64,000 nucleotides of DNA from an uncultured Candidatus Saccharibacteria bacterium (GTDB lineage: Bacteria; Patescibacteriota; Minisyncoccia; Phycocordibacterales; CSBR16-119), in assembly GCA_964557535.1 (NCBI GenBank), contig CAZLAD010000002.1:85560-149559 (forward strand), given 5' to 3'. Below, piece after piece: positions 46,415 to 56,270 of this stretch. The notes below the pieces were generated by a model. That model saw only the letters and a list, made by a program, of their open reading frames with translations, made no database searches and was not told the origin of the DNA. A program made the position numbers and the translations under genes. Each line of letters opens with the position of its first letter. The stretch's first letter is position 1.

Positions 46415-47614
46415 TTATTTTGTGATCTTTGTGACGACTCCAGCACCGACAGTTCTGCCTCCCTCTCGGATAGCAAAACGCATCTTTTCTTCGAGTGCGA
46501 CCGGTGCAACCAATACAACCTTCAAGTTAACAGTATCTCCAGGCATAACCATTTCGGCTCCTTCTGGGATAGTAACTTCTCCGGTAACGTCAGTTGTTCG
46601 GATGTAAAACTGTGGTTTGTAACCTTTGAGGAATGGAGTGTGTCGGCCACCTTCTTCTTTCTTCAAGATGTAGGCTTCACATTCAAATTCTGTGTGAGGT
46701 GTAACTGATCCAGGTATTGCAAGAACTTGTCCACGGTGAACATCTTCTTTCTTCACACCTCGGAGCAAGATTCCAGCATTGTCTCCAGCCATACCTTCGT
46801 TTAGCTGTTTGTTAAACATTTCGATTCCAGTAACTGTTGTTTTAACAGTGTCTTTGATACCGACGATTTCAACGTCTTGACCAACTTTGACAACTCCTCG
46901 TTCGATTTTACCTGTAGCAACTGTTCCACGTCCTTCGATAGAGAAAATGTCTTCGATAGGCATAAGGAAAGGTTTTTCAAGATCACGAACTGGTGTTGGG
47001 ATGTAAGTATCTAGAGTATTTGCAAGTTCTAGAACTTTCTGGGCCCATTCGTCATTGTTATCAGCTGATTCAAGAGCTTTTAGACCTGAACCTCGGATAA
47101 CTGGGGCACCGGCACCATCAAATCCCTGCTTTGTAAGCAATTCACGGATTTCTTCTTCGACTAGGTCGATCATGTCTTTATCATCAACCATGTCGCACTT
47201 GTTTAGGAAAACGATAATCTTTGGCACACCTACTTGCTTTGCAAGCAAAACGTGTTCGCGTGTCTGTGGCATCGCACCATCAGTTGCGGCTACGACAAGT
47301 ACAGCGCCGTCCATTTGAGCGGCACCAGTAATCATGTTTTTGATGTAGTCGGCGTGACCTGGGGCGTCGATGTGAGCGTAGTGACGATTTGGAGTTTCGT
47401 ACTCATTGTGAGAAAGGGCGATGGTGATACCACGAGCCTTTTCTTCTGGAGCTGAGTCAATGTCGTTGACACCTTTTAGCTTCGCAGAGTAGCCCCCTCC
47501 TTGTCGTCCAAGGACAGAGAGAATAGCGGCTGTTAATGTTGTCTTGCCGTGGTCGACGTGGCCGATTGTACCAACGTTGACGTGAGGCTTACTTCGATCA
47601 AATGCTTCTGCCAT
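46415..47614 (-). CDS. tuf: elongation factor Tu
   Basis: [19 protein letters not shown] GTPase motifs. 399 aa. Confidence 0.97.
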   Translation of the reverse strand: MAEAFDRSKPHVNVGTIGHVDHGKTTLTAAILSVLGRQGGGYSAKLKGVNDIDSAPEEKARGITIALSHNEYETPNRHYAHIDAPGHADYIKNMITGAAQMDGAVLVVAATDGAMPQTREHVLLAKQVGVPKIIVFLNKCDMVDDKDMIDLVEEEIRELLTKQGFDGAGAPVIRGSGLKALESADNNDEWAQKVLELANTLDTYIPTPVRDLEKPFLMPIEDIFSIEGRGTVATGKIERGVVKVGQDVEIVGIKDTVKTTVTGIEMFNKQLNEGMAGDNAGILLRGVKKEDVHRGQVLAIPGSVTPHTEFECEAYILKKEEGGRHTPFLKGYKPQFYIRTTDVTGEVTIPEGAEMVMPGDTVNLKVVLVAPVALEEKMRFAIREGGRTVGAGVVTKITK

Positions 47615-47834
47615 ATATTTACATTGGTTGACGGGCGTAACTTTTAGACACGAGAACGCGCTCCAAAAATTAAACTCGCCAACATATATTAATTTTTAAT
47701 AAAACCGCGAGCTTCAAACAAGTCTGATAAATTCAGCCCGCGTTTGACGCGGGAAATTCGGCAGAATCGCTAGAAGCTATTGCGTAAGGACATACTATAT
47801 TAGAAGTTTAGACGAGTCAAGTATTTGGGTAACG

Positions 47835-47858
47835 AAAAACCCCGCCTTGCGGGCGGGG
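47835..47858 (-). terminator. terminator CCCCGCC-UUGC-GGGCGGGG plus U-tract (minus strand)
   Basis: 30 nt downstream of the 114-aa gene stop. Confidence 0.75.
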
Positions 47859-47887
47859 CTCTCACAATCGTTCACAAGGCAACTTGC

Positions 47888-48232
47888 CTAGTCGGCTCTC
47901 ATCTGCAGTACTGGCACCCAACTTCCCGTTGCAAGACCGTGGATCACGTAGGTTCTGTCGAACCAAACGCGAAAGAGTCGCTCTTTGAGCACGGCCCTGA
48001 TCACTTCGTACCAATCACTCTCCTTTCTGATGCAACGCTTCAGGTGGGTTTCATGCTCCAACACTTCAGATCTCCACATGCTTTCCTTTGCTTGAAGATC
48101 AATGCCCTTGTCCACATCCTTGAAATCGATTTGAAATTCGAAGTCAAGGTCTGCATCGCTTTTGGAAAGCTTCTCAGCTATTTCTTTCAACTGTCGGAGT
48201 CCTGCTAGGATATCCGTGCTTCGCTTTGTCAT
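47888..48232 (-). CDS. orphan 114-aa protein, higher-GC, own promoter and terminator
   Basis: GC about 48%. TTGACA-N17-TAATTT lies upstream on the minus strand. No recognisable domain. Confidence 0.5.
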   Translation of the reverse strand: MTKRSTDILAGLRQLKEIAEKLSKSDADLDFEFQIDFKDVDKGIDLQAKESMWRSEVLEHETHLKRCIRKESDWYEVIRAVLKERLFRVWFDRTYVIHGLATGSWVPVLQMRAD

Positions 48233-48285
48233 CGGCGTGGGTTTTGTTGAAAATTATCATGCATTCTTGTTATTGTCAAACTTCA

Positions 48286-48314
48286 TTGACTTCCCTGTAT
48301 TTTCAAGCTAGAAT
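48286..48314 (+). promoter_or_regulatory. sigma70-like promoter TTGACT-N17-TAGAAT for infC
   Basis: -35 at 48286-48291, -10 at 48309-48314. Confidence 0.5.
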
Positions 48315-48345
48315 TGCCAAACGTTTAAAGAAAAACAAGGAATCA

Positions 48346-48864
48346 TTGAGAAATAGAATAAACAACCAAATACGTACCGAAGAAGTTCGTCTCATCGAAG
48401 GTGCCGAAGGTATGCCGACCGGCGTCATGAAGACCGCCGACGCTATAGCACTCGCCGCCGAACACGGACTTGATCTCATCGAGATTACCGCGACTGCCAA
48501 CCCACCCATTGCAAAAATAATGGATTATGGTAAATTCGAGTACGAACAAAACAAGAAGCAGAAAGTTGCAAAGGCAAATGCACACCGAACCGAGACCAAA
48601 TCTATCCAGATTAAAGTCGCAACAGGTGACCACGATCTCGCTCTAAAAGCGAAAAAGGCGTCCGAATGGCTCGCCGAAGGACATCGTGTAAAGATTGAAC
48701 TGTATCTCGTCGGTCGCTCGAAGTACACCGCTGACACTTTCAAAAAAGAACGTCTAGATCGAGTACTTCATCTCATCACTGAGAATTACAAAATTGCCGA
48801 GGCCTACAAACCAAGTCCCCGTGGCGTCATGATCACCATCGAGAGAGACACAAAGAAAAATTAA
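48346..48864 (+). CDS. infC: translation initiation factor IF-3 (non-AUG start likely)
   Basis: RINNQIRTEEVRLI...GVMKT...DLIEI... typical of IF-3. The track N-terminus (from 48226) lies upstream of the promoter, and a TTG at 48346 follows AAGGAA. The start position is uncertain. Confidence 0.8.
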   Translation: MRNRINNQIRTEEVRLIEGAEGMPTGVMKTADAIALAAEHGLDLIEITATANPPIAKIMDYGKFEYEQNKKQKVAKANAHRTETKSIQIKVATGDHDLALKAKKASEWLAEGHRVKIELYLVGRSKYTADTFKKERLDRVLHLITENYKIAEAYKPSPRGVMITIERDTKKN

Positions 48865-48932
48865 GAAAGCCATTAGCCTTTAGCCATTAGTTTTTAGCTA
48901 ACGGCCAACGGCTAAGAGCTAAAAGCTATAAT

Positions 48933-49157
48933 ATGAAAACAAACAAATCACTAGCCAAAAGAATAAAGATCACCAAAACCGGCAAGCTCAAAGCTCGCAA
49001 ACCTGGTTTTAACCATTTCAATGCAAAACAAAAGCGCCGAAAGCAACTCCAGGGCAAGACAGCTATCGACATGGTGCTGACAAACAGAGCCAAGGCCCGA
49101 TTCTTCCCTTACGCGAATACAAAGGTCCGAAAGCCAAAACCGGAAACTAAAAAATAG
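48933..49157 (+). CDS. rpmI: 50S ribosomal protein L35
   Basis: 74 aa, basic. Confidence 0.85.
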   Translation: MKTNKSLAKRIKITKTGKLKARKPGFNHFNAKQKRRKQLQGKTAIDMVLTNRAKARFFPYANTKVRKPKPETKK

Positions 49158-49182
49158 CCACTAACAACTAAACACTAATTCT

Positions 49183-49527
49183 ATGACTAGAGTAAAACGA
49201 GGAACAATTTCGCTAAAACGAAGAAAGAATGTATTGGCCAAGGTCAAAGGCTATCGATTTGGACGTTCAACCAAAGAACGCGAAGCAAAAGTCGCTATCA
49301 AACACGCTGGTGCTCACGCCTTTGCTCACCGCAAGGACAAGAAGGCCGACAAGCGCGCCCTCTGGCAGGCAAAAATAAACGCCGCTGTTAGACCACTTGG
49401 CATGACCTACTCACGATTCATCGAAGCCTTGAAGAAGAAAAACATCGAACTTGACCGCAAAATCCTCGCTGACATTGCCAAGAATCATCCAGAAAGTTTC
49501 AAGGCGATTGTGGAACTAGTGAAATAA
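49183..49527 (+). CDS. rplT: 50S ribosomal protein L20
   Basis: 114 aa, MTRVKRG... Confidence 0.93.
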   Translation: MTRVKRGTISLKRRKNVLAKVKGYRFGRSTKEREAKVAIKHAGAHAFAHRKDKKADKRALWQAKINAAVRPLGMTYSRFIEALKKKNIELDRKILADIAKNHPESFKAIVELVK

Positions 49528-49647
49528 ACCCACACACCAAGTTTTTGATTAAACCAGTTGCGATCATACGTTTTAGATAAAAAGATAATTATTAGTTACA
49601 CACTTAGAATTATTTAAAACTTGGTGTGCGGGTAAAATAATCTAAAT

Positions 49648-49676
49648 CAAAAAATCCCCGGGCGGGGATTTTTTGA
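49648..49676. terminator. bidirectional terminator AAAAAAUCCCCGGGCGGGGAUUUUUUG
   Basis: Between convergent genes. Confidence 0.85.
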
Positions 49677-49680
49677 TTAC

Positions 49681-50478
49681 CTAATTAATTTCTACCGACC
49701 CTAAATCAATCAATGTAGCGTTTTGGATTACCAAAGTCTTGCCATTCTTTTTGTACATATAAGATGTTTCCGTTCCACTATCCGTTTGAACGGATCCGTA
49801 ATAAAATATTTTGCCGTTAATAGTGGTTGTTTGGTTAAAGAAAGAAGGATTGAAGTTAGAGGGTAAATTATAAGGATAGAATTTTATACTATTAAATTTA
49901 TTTCCTGACGACAATTCAACATAAGTACCATTTGGAATATTGCCGGAGGTAATATTTACTCCAGCGTCATGATTGAAAGAGAAACCTTGGCCACTATAAG
50001 AGGTGTTTGAATTTTGAATTGCCGGCGTTGTAACTGTAAACGTTCCGCTTTTTACTACGAGGCTTCCTGATTCGATCCCTATCTGATAACTATTTGTATT
50101 TAATCCCGTGAAACTCTTACCTGGATTGATGGCTGTCCACTGATACGAACCTTGCGATGCAGGAATAGGGGCTTGAGTTATTTGACCATGATCTTTTCCT
50201 CCGCTCATCAAACCAATAGTTACATTCTGAACCCCACAACTTGTCCATTTGATAGTCACCTGTTTACCCGTAGTGTATGCCGCGCCCTGAACTGGAGAAC
50301 TAACGGTAATACTAGGCGTACAAGCAATTGGATCTGTTTGTGGCTTCGGAGTCGTCGAATTTGCCGGTTCCGTTTCTGGCCAAGGTTCGTAGGATACGTT
50401 TGATTTCTTGTGCGTGAAAAACAAAAACGCAAAGACCAAAACCAAGGCGACGAGAATTGCGATGATTATGTTTTTCAT
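49681..50478 (-). CDS. membrane-anchored surface protein (hypothetical)
   Basis: ATG at 50478 (MKNIIIAILV...); the track extends to 50571. TM anchor, Ser/Thr/Gly/Asn-rich beta-rich ectodomain. Confidence 0.55.
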   Translation of the reverse strand: MKNIIIAILVALVLVFAFLFFTHKKSNVSYEPWPETEPANSTTPKPQTDPIACTPSITVSSPVQGAAYTTGKQVTIKWTSCGVQNVTIGLMSGGKDHGQITQAPIPASQGSYQWTAINPGKSFTGLNTNSYQIGIESGSLVVKSGTFTVTTPAIQNSNTSYSGQGFSFNHDAGVNITSGNIPNGTYVELSSGNKFNSIKFYPYNLPSNFNPSFFNQTTTINGKIFYYGSVQTDSGTETSYMYKKNGKTLVIQNATLIDLGSVEIN

Positions 50479-50533
50479 ATGATCGAATTTTACCTTTTTG
50501 TCGAGATTTCTGGAATTGGTTGTGGGGATAAGA

Positions 50534-50557
50534 GAACAGCCCCCGCGGGGGCTGTTC
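50534..50557 (-). terminator. hairpin GAACAGCCCCCGCGGGGGCUGUUC
   Basis: Perfect 11-bp stem after the 118-aa gene stop, with a weak U-tract. Confidence 0.5.
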
Positions 50558-50578
50558 CAAAGTTGGTACATTCACCAT

Positions 50579-50935
50579 TTACGGCGAGTAAGTCTTGAGC
50601 TCTTCCAGCAAGGGGGCGGTGCTTATTTTCGAACCGCCCGAAAAGCTTTGATGTGACGCGCTCGTGCTTCGGCTGATAGTGTCAAAGACGATCTCGTCCC
50701 ATCCGGCCGGTAACGCTCGCCAAAACCTAACCGTAAGTGGCGACCGGCACGAGACGCCGATGTTTGTGCTATTGAAATCCGACAACGTCACGGCCTTTTT
50801 GTACGCCTCGTTCTCGAGCGCGGTCTGAAATACTCCTCCAGCGACGGTGTCCAGTTCGTTGTCAGGAGCAAAGGCCTGGGCCCGCAAGAATGTGCTCACA
50901 AGCACGAAAAGTACAGCAGCAATGATGTTCTTCAT
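50579..50935 (-). CDS. secreted 118-aa protein, GC-rich (about 52%)
   Basis: Signal peptide MKNIIAAVLFVLVSTFLRAQA. Atypical composition. Confidence 0.55.
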   Translation of the reverse strand: MKNIIAAVLFVLVSTFLRAQAFAPDNELDTVAGGVFQTALENEAYKKAVTLSDFNSTNIGVSCRSPLTVRFWRALPAGWDEIVFDTISRSTSASHQSFSGGSKISTAPLLEELKTYSP

Positions 50936-50962
50936 GGCAATCGGGTTTTGCTTATTATACTC

Positions 50963-52666
50963 CTATTTTATCTCTACAATCCTAAGCCTGATTTCTTTCT
51001 TATATCCAAAAACGGATTTTTCAATTGTGGCATAGAGATTTATACGTCCGTCGGGTTTTACGCGATCGCCAAAATCTTCGGGCTTTTTGAAAAAACTTAT
51101 CGCCTTCACGGCTTGCCCGCGAGAATTTTTGAAAGATAGTTCCAAATGATCCTTGGCCTTGCCGAAAATTTTCACATCAAAAATTTCAACGTCTTCGAAA
51201 AGAAATGTTGGTTTCGGATTCCCTGCCCCAAATGGCGCCAGGCGATCTATTTCGTTAAAAGTTTTTTCATTTACTTCATCGAGCGTTAGTATCGAATCAA
51301 AAGTAATTTGTTCGTCAGAATTTACTGAGACTTTCTCGGTTTTGTCATACGCTTCGACAAGTCTTTCCTCCAAAAAATGAATTTCTTCGTGCGAGACAGA
51401 GAATCCTCCGGCGCCAGCATGTCCGCCAAACTCCAGTAATGAATTTTCCCTCAGATTTGTCATGAGCTCGACAATGTTAACTGAGCCATCCGAACGACAT
51501 GAGCCTTTGATGACCGTTCCGCCCTCAAGTCCCCAGACGAAAGCCGGCTTTTTGTACTCGTCGACAATTTTCCCGGCGACTAGTCCCAAAACCCCAGCGC
51601 GCCACGTCGGATCACCGACGACCATAATACTGCGCTCAGCACGTTCCGGATGAGAAAAAGTTTTTTTGACCGATTTCATCATCGTCGCGACGAGAATTTT
51701 CCTCTCGTCATTCATCTTGGTCAGATTCATGGCGGCAAGTCCGGCCACGCCTTCGTCACTGGCCGACAGAAGTTCGTAGGCACGCATTGGAGAGTCCATT
51801 CTCGAGGCCGCGTTTAATTTCGGACAAATTGAAAACGTCACGTCGTCTTCTTGGAGATTTCTCGAATCAACATTAATCCGACGCAAAAGTTGTAAAAGTC
51901 CCGGCCGACGCGTCTGGCGCAAAACCTTCAGCCCGTAGTAAGCGAGCGCGCGGTTTTCCCGCACAAGCGGAACCATGTCGGCGAGCGTTGCGAGTCCTAC
52001 CATATCAAGCATCCATTTATCCGCGCCTTTCTTTACACCAAATTCTTCGCCGTACTTTTGGAAAAATCCTTGGACCAGTTTGAAAAAAACTCCCGAACCA
52101 CAAAGCATGTTGTCGGGATATTCGTCGCCTGGTTGTTTGGGATTTAGTATTAAACAATTTGGCAAAACGTCTTTCGGTAAATGATGATCGGTGATGATAA
52201 CTTCAAGTCCGAGACTCTTGGCAAATTCGACATCTTCAACCGCCGTGATGCCGAGGTCGATCGTGATAATAAGCTTCGCACCACGTTCGGCAATCTCCTT
52301 GAGCGCTTCAGGATTGAGACCGTAGCCTTCTTTGTGTCTATCAGGGATATAGATTTCAAAATTTTCATATCCAACACTTTTAAAAAAATCGTTCGCTATC
52401 GTCGCCCCCGGAATACCATCGCAGTCATAGTCAGCAAATATGCAAATTCTCTCGTCACCCGTAATAGCCTGATGAACCCTCTCGACGACAGCGTCCATGT
52501 TCTTCATGAGATACGGATCATAGACGTGATTTTCATATGAAGGATTTAAGAATTCCTCGGCCTCGTCACTCGAAGAAATATCGCGATTAAAAAGAAGTCT
52601 TCGCGTCAGAGGCGAATATTTATCAAGCTCTTTTTCAACTTTTTTCGGAATTTCCTTCAAAGGCAT
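50963..52666 (-). CDS. recJ: single-stranded-DNA-specific exonuclease RecJ
   Basis: DHH and DHHA1 motifs (ICIFADYDCDGIPGA, DHH), C-terminal OB region. 567 aa. Confidence 0.9.
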   Translation of the reverse strand: MPLKEIPKKVEKELDKYSPLTRRLLFNRDISSSDEAEEFLNPSYENHVYDPYLMKNMDAVVERVHQAITGDERICIFADYDCDGIPGATIANDFFKSVGYENFEIYIPDRHKEGYGLNPEALKEIAERGAKLIITIDLGITAVEDVEFAKSLGLEVIITDHHLPKDVLPNCLILNPKQPGDEYPDNMLCGSGVFFKLVQGFFQKYGEEFGVKKGADKWMLDMVGLATLADMVPLVRENRALAYYGLKVLRQTRRPGLLQLLRRINVDSRNLQEDDVTFSICPKLNAASRMDSPMRAYELLSASDEGVAGLAAMNLTKMNDERKILVATMMKSVKKTFSHPERAERSIMVVGDPTWRAGVLGLVAGKIVDEYKKPAFVWGLEGGTVIKGSCRSDGSVNIVELMTNLRENSLLEFGGHAGAGGFSVSHEEIHFLEERLVEAYDKTEKVSVNSDEQITFDSILTLDEVNEKTFNEIDRLAPFGAGNPKPTFLFEDVEIFDVKIFGKAKDHLELSFKNSRGQAVKAISFFKKPEDFGDRVKPDGRINLYATIEKSVFGYKKEIRLRIVEIK

Positions 52667-52683
52667 TTTTCGATTATAGCAAA

Positions 52684-52773
52684 GCGGGGCCAGATTGCGG
52701 TTTTGACAATCCGAGGACTATAGTGCGTAGACACGCTTTCGCAGGATTGGAAAAATCTGCAATCTGGCCCCGC
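52684..52773. repeat. GC-rich hairpin element C (second copy of the B family)
   Basis: 13-bp perfect closing stem GGGGCCAGATTGC/GCAATCTGGCCCC. Core GAGGACTATAGTGCGTAGACACGCTTTCGCAGGA. Confidence 0.65.
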
Positions 52774-52794
52774 GCCCTATGCTACAATTTATTT

Positions 52795-53193
52795 ATGAAA
52801 ACAATTTTCGAGAAAATTATTGATGGTGAGATTCCATCGACAAAGGTTTACGAGGACGACAAATTCTTGGCTTTTTTAGATATTCATCCGGTTTCCAAAG
52901 GTCACACACTCCTAATAACCAAAACCCACTACACATGGATACACGAAGCACCCGATGAAATTGTCGGAGAAATTTTCATCAAGGCGAAAAGTCTAATCGA
53001 AGCGATGAGGGCAGGTCTTCCATGTGATTACGTTCAAGTCGGAGTCGTTGGCAACGAAGTCCCTCACTTTCACATCCATCTAATTCCAAGATTTTTGACC
53101 GAGGAAGTTCATATGTCATCAAGACCAGAAACTCCCTATGAAAATTCTGATGAGATGTCCGAATACGCCGAGAAAATAAAATCCCACCTCTAA
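52795..53193 (+). CDS. HIT-family (histidine triad) hydrolase
   Basis: HFHIHLIP histidine triad. ATG at 52795 (MKTIFEKIIDGEIPS); the track start at 52723 is upstream. Confidence 0.85.
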   Translation: MKTIFEKIIDGEIPSTKVYEDDKFLAFLDIHPVSKGHTLLITKTHYTWIHEAPDEIVGEIFIKAKSLIEAMRAGLPCDYVQVGVVGNEVPHFHIHLIPRFLTEEVHMSSRPETPYENSDEMSEYAEKIKSHL

Positions 53194-53211
53194 GCTCCAC
53201 TTACCGACGGA

Positions 53212-53347
53212 GCAAAACCTATTTAAATTTTTCTTCAACATCACCCGTAGGGTGCGCGCTAGTGAAAGCTTGGTAATCTTTGGTCTCCCGAGTGCTCGGA
53301 GGGAGACTTTGGCGCGCATCTTGAAGAAAAATTTAAATAGGTTTTGC
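53212..53347. mobile_element. MITE-like element: perfect 27-bp terminal inverted repeats flanking an 82-bp GC-rich structured core
   Basis: Left GCAAAACCTATTTAAATTTTTCTTCAA (53212-53238), right TTGAAGAAAAATTTAAATAGGTTTTGC (53321-53347). The core contains GCGCGC pairs and a CTCCCGAG/CTCGGAGGGAG hairpin. Between convergent HIT and pgk. Confidence 0.5.
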
Positions 53348-53358
53348 GAAGTTCCTTG

Positions 53359-54477
53359 CTACTGTTCTAGTGCTTGTATCCCCGGCAATGTTCCCTTGGC
53401 CAAAAATTCTAGCATTGCCCCACCACCAGTTGAGACAAATGAAATTTTGTCTTGAAGTCCCATTTCTTTGACCAAGTTCACGGTGTCGCCGCCACCGAGA
53501 ATTGACGTGGCGCCAGATTCGGCAATCGCTCGAAGAACTTTTTTACTGCCATCGGCATAACCTTCTTCATAAAGCCCAAGCGGTCCGTTCCAGAGAATTG
53601 TCTTGAATGTTGGAATAGTTTTTATAAGCTCAGCCAAAGTGTTCGGGCCAACATCGACAATTACATCTTCTGCGACAATATTTGGAAGTTCCTTGGCCTC
53701 CCCGCCCCCAACCACAACATCAAAAGGAATTTTAATATGATCTTTGTTGAAAAATTCCGCAACTTTAGCATCTTTGTCTACCAAAGATTTACCAACGTGC
53801 AAGCCAATCGTTTGGAAAAAATTGTTTGCAAGAGCGCCACCGATAAAAATCTGATCAGCGATCGTTTCAAACTTCCTGATCAAAGCAATTTTGGTATCAA
53901 ATTTCGCCCCGCCCAGGATAAATAGGAACGGGTGTTCAGGCTTTTCGATTGCTTTACCCAAATTCGCAATTTCTTTCTGTAGCCAAAATCCCGCATACGC
54001 CTGTAGATAGTCCGGCACGCCGACGATAGAGGCGTGAGCCCGATGCGACACCGCGAAAGCATCGTTGACATACATGTCGGCAAGCGAGGCCAAGAAACTT
54101 GCGAACTTCTCATCATTTTTCTCTTCGCCGTCGTTTTGTCGCAAATTTTCAAGGAGGATAACATCACCCGGCATCATATCCTGCACAATCGCCCTGATAG
54201 TATCGTGATCCCATGTCGGCACAAAATTTACTTTGACGAATTGTTGTAAATATTCGGCAATAGGTTTCAAAGATTCTTTTTTATCTCTGCCTATATGGCT
54301 CATGACTATCACTTTCGCTCCGCCTTTTTGCAAAAAATTGATAGTTTCTAGACTTTTCTGTATGCGCCAATCTTCACTTGCATCCACGGTGCCGTTTTTG
54401 CCAAGCGAAACATTGAAATCCACGCGCACGAGCACTTTCCTTTCTTTTAAATTTGTAACTTCTTGGATATTTTTCAT
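53359..54477 (-). CDS. pgk: phosphoglycerate kinase
   Basis: 372 aa, RVDFNV..., hinge and C-terminal nucleotide-binding motifs. Confidence 0.92.
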   Translation of the reverse strand: MKNIQEVTNLKERKVLVRVDFNVSLGKNGTVDASEDWRIQKSLETINFLQKGGAKVIVMSHIGRDKKESLKPIAEYLQQFVKVNFVPTWDHDTIRAIVQDMMPGDVILLENLRQNDGEEKNDEKFASFLASLADMYVNDAFAVSHRAHASIVGVPDYLQAYAGFWLQKEIANLGKAIEKPEHPFLFILGGAKFDTKIALIRKFETIADQIFIGGALANNFFQTIGLHVGKSLVDKDAKVAEFFNKDHIKIPFDVVVGGGEAKELPNIVAEDVIVDVGPNTLAELIKTIPTFKTILWNGPLGLYEEGYADGSKKVLRAIAESGATSILGGGDTVNLVKEMGLQDKISFVSTGGGAMLEFLAKGTLPGIQALEQ

Positions 54478-55247
54478 TACTTGTTTGATTCTGACGTGAT
54501 TTTGATAATTTCACCAAAAAGTTTCGGTGTCAGGCTCGCTCGTCCGACAAGGAAACCATCGACGCCTGAGGTTTTCAAAATATCTTCGGCGTTGTTTGTC
54601 GAAACTGATCCGCCGTAAATAATTTTAACCGGCGGGACACTCGAGGTTTTGTAAATATCACCGACAATACGTTTGATCAATATCACGATTTCTTCTACTT
54701 CTGACGGCTTCGCATCACGCTTGGCGTTCTCGCCTATTGCCCAGACGGGCTCGTAAGCAACAATCACGTCTTTGACTCGCGACTTCGGCACGTCTTTGAA
54801 ACCTTCGGTTAATTGAAGTTTGAGAAGTCCCAGATATTCCAAATTCGGATCGCGTTTGGCCTCACCGATGCAAAGAATCGGCCTGACACCGACGGCGAGG
54901 GCGGTTTTCACTTTCTTGTTTATGAAGATATTGTCCTCTCCCATCGCCCGGCGTTCAGAGTGGCCGATGATGGCGTATTTGATCTTGGTTTCAAGAAGCG
55001 CCGAGTAGCCGGTAGAACCAGTATGTGCACCGTTTGGTTCTGGGAAAAAGTCTTGAGAGCCGAGAATGGCGGGCTTTGATGAAGCCTTGAGGCTCTCTAG
55101 GAATATAACTGGCGGACAAACCACGACTTCGACGTTTTTGAATTTTTTGGCGAATTTTTTGGTTTCGTTTAGGTAAGATTTGGCGAGTTTCAGGGTGTCA
55201 GGATTCGCCTTCCAGTTAGCCACAATGAGTTTTTTGTCGGATTTCAT
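54477..55247 (-). CDS. tpiA: triosephosphate isomerase
   Basis: ANWKAN, IGHSERR, AYEPVWAIG motifs. Confidence 0.93.
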   Translation of the reverse strand: MKSDKKLIVANWKANPDTLKLAKSYLNETKKFAKKFKNVEVVVCPPVIFLESLKASSKPAILGSQDFFPEPNGAHTGSTGYSALLETKIKYAIIGHSERRAMGEDNIFINKKVKTALAVGVRPILCIGEAKRDPNLEYLGLLKLQLTEGFKDVPKSRVKDVIVAYEPVWAIGENAKRDAKPSEVEEIVILIKRIVGDIYKTSSVPPVKIIYGGSVSTNNAEDILKTSGVDGFLVGRASLTPKLFGEIIKITSESNK

Positions 55248-55400
55248 AATCTAAATTGTAGCACGAACCCATTTTTATCATCCATAAAAGCATTAACCAC
55301 TTACTTGACAAAGATAGCTTTATATGATATCCTTCAACCAGAGAACCTTTACACAAATCCCGTCCCTTGGTTACACCAGGAAGACACAAACTGACAAGAA

Positions 55401-55673
55401 ATGAGAGAGACTAAGCTCAGAATTGAGAATTTCCTCCGCTATGTTGAACACCGCCCCTCAAGTGAGATCGTGGATTTCGCAAGATCACTACACTGGGATA
55501 TCATCAGGAACCTCCAGGAGTACAGAAGGATGATAAAGAATCCTCTTGGAATATCTAAGCGTTCCTTGTTCACTGAAGGTGTGCTTGGTCACGTTTCCAT
55601 CAATGTGGCAAGGTCTAATTTATTAGATATTGCCACAGCTAAGCAGATTGTGGATAACACCAAGCAAACCTAA
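55401..55673 (+). CDS. orphan 90-aa protein (higher-GC cassette, gene 1)
   Basis: GC about 47%. No recognisable domain. Confidence 0.45.
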   Translation: MRETKLRIENFLRYVEHRPSSEIVDFARSLHWDIIRNLQEYRRMIKNPLGISKRSLFTEGVLGHVSINVARSNLLDIATAKQIVDNTKQT

Positions 55674-55712
55674 CTAGGGTAGAGATTCACCTCTCTACCC
55701 TACTGTCCACGA

Positions 55713-56252
55713 ATGTGTGTTCGTGCTGATGAGTCCAAAAGGACGAAACAGTTGCACTTTAAAACAAATGAACCACCCCACCTCATGAACACCCCCAGTA
55801 ACGAACTGCACGCAATGGCAAACGAGCCAAAGCCGAACATCGAACAGGTGATCCTTGAGTGGGTCATACTGCTGAATAAGCTCAGTATCTTACACGGACA
55901 AGTGTTCATCTACGGAGTTAGCGAACAATTAGCCCGCAAAGCCTATTGCATGCTGCTAACCGAGGTGGAAAGCTCGCACGACAACACGGCCTTCGAAGTG
56001 ATGATCATGAGTCATGCCCAGCAGATCGTCAGCGAAGAACATGTCGATAATCCAATCTGGTCGTATTTTACTCGTGATGGGCAGGCTGGGATCGAACGTT
56101 CCAGTAATGAAGATCTCGATGCTTCCATTGTGCCCTTCATTGGGTTCCGAGGTACATGGGAAGAAGTGGCTCGCAAGCTCTTCGAGCTCGAGAAGCTCAT
56201 GCTTGCAAAAGCACAGGTTGCGGAGGTTCCGGAAGATCTGAAGAAGCAGTGA
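55713..56252 (+). CDS. orphan 179-aa protein (higher-GC cassette, gene 2)
   Basis: ATG at 55713, preceded by intercistronic hairpin GGGTAGAGA-TTCACC-TCTCTACCC. Terminator follows. Confidence 0.5.
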   Translation: MCVRADESKRTKQLHFKTNEPPHLMNTPSNELHAMANEPKPNIEQVILEWVILLNKLSILHGQVFIYGVSEQLARKAYCMLLTEVESSHDNTAFEVMIMSHAQQIVSEEHVDNPIWSYFTRDGQAGIERSSNEDLDASIVPFIGFRGTWEEVARKLFELEKLMLAKAQVAEVPEDLKKQ

Positions 56253-56270
56253 CCATGTTGTTCACACAGC

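Noticed and set aside
48924-48932. TATAAT immediately abutting the rpmI ATG as a promoter
   Set aside because: A -10 box with zero spacing to the start codon cannot generate an mRNA containing that codon. It is more likely part of the A/U-rich TAGC-repeat spacer and translation-initiation context. rpmI is probably cotranscribed with infC.
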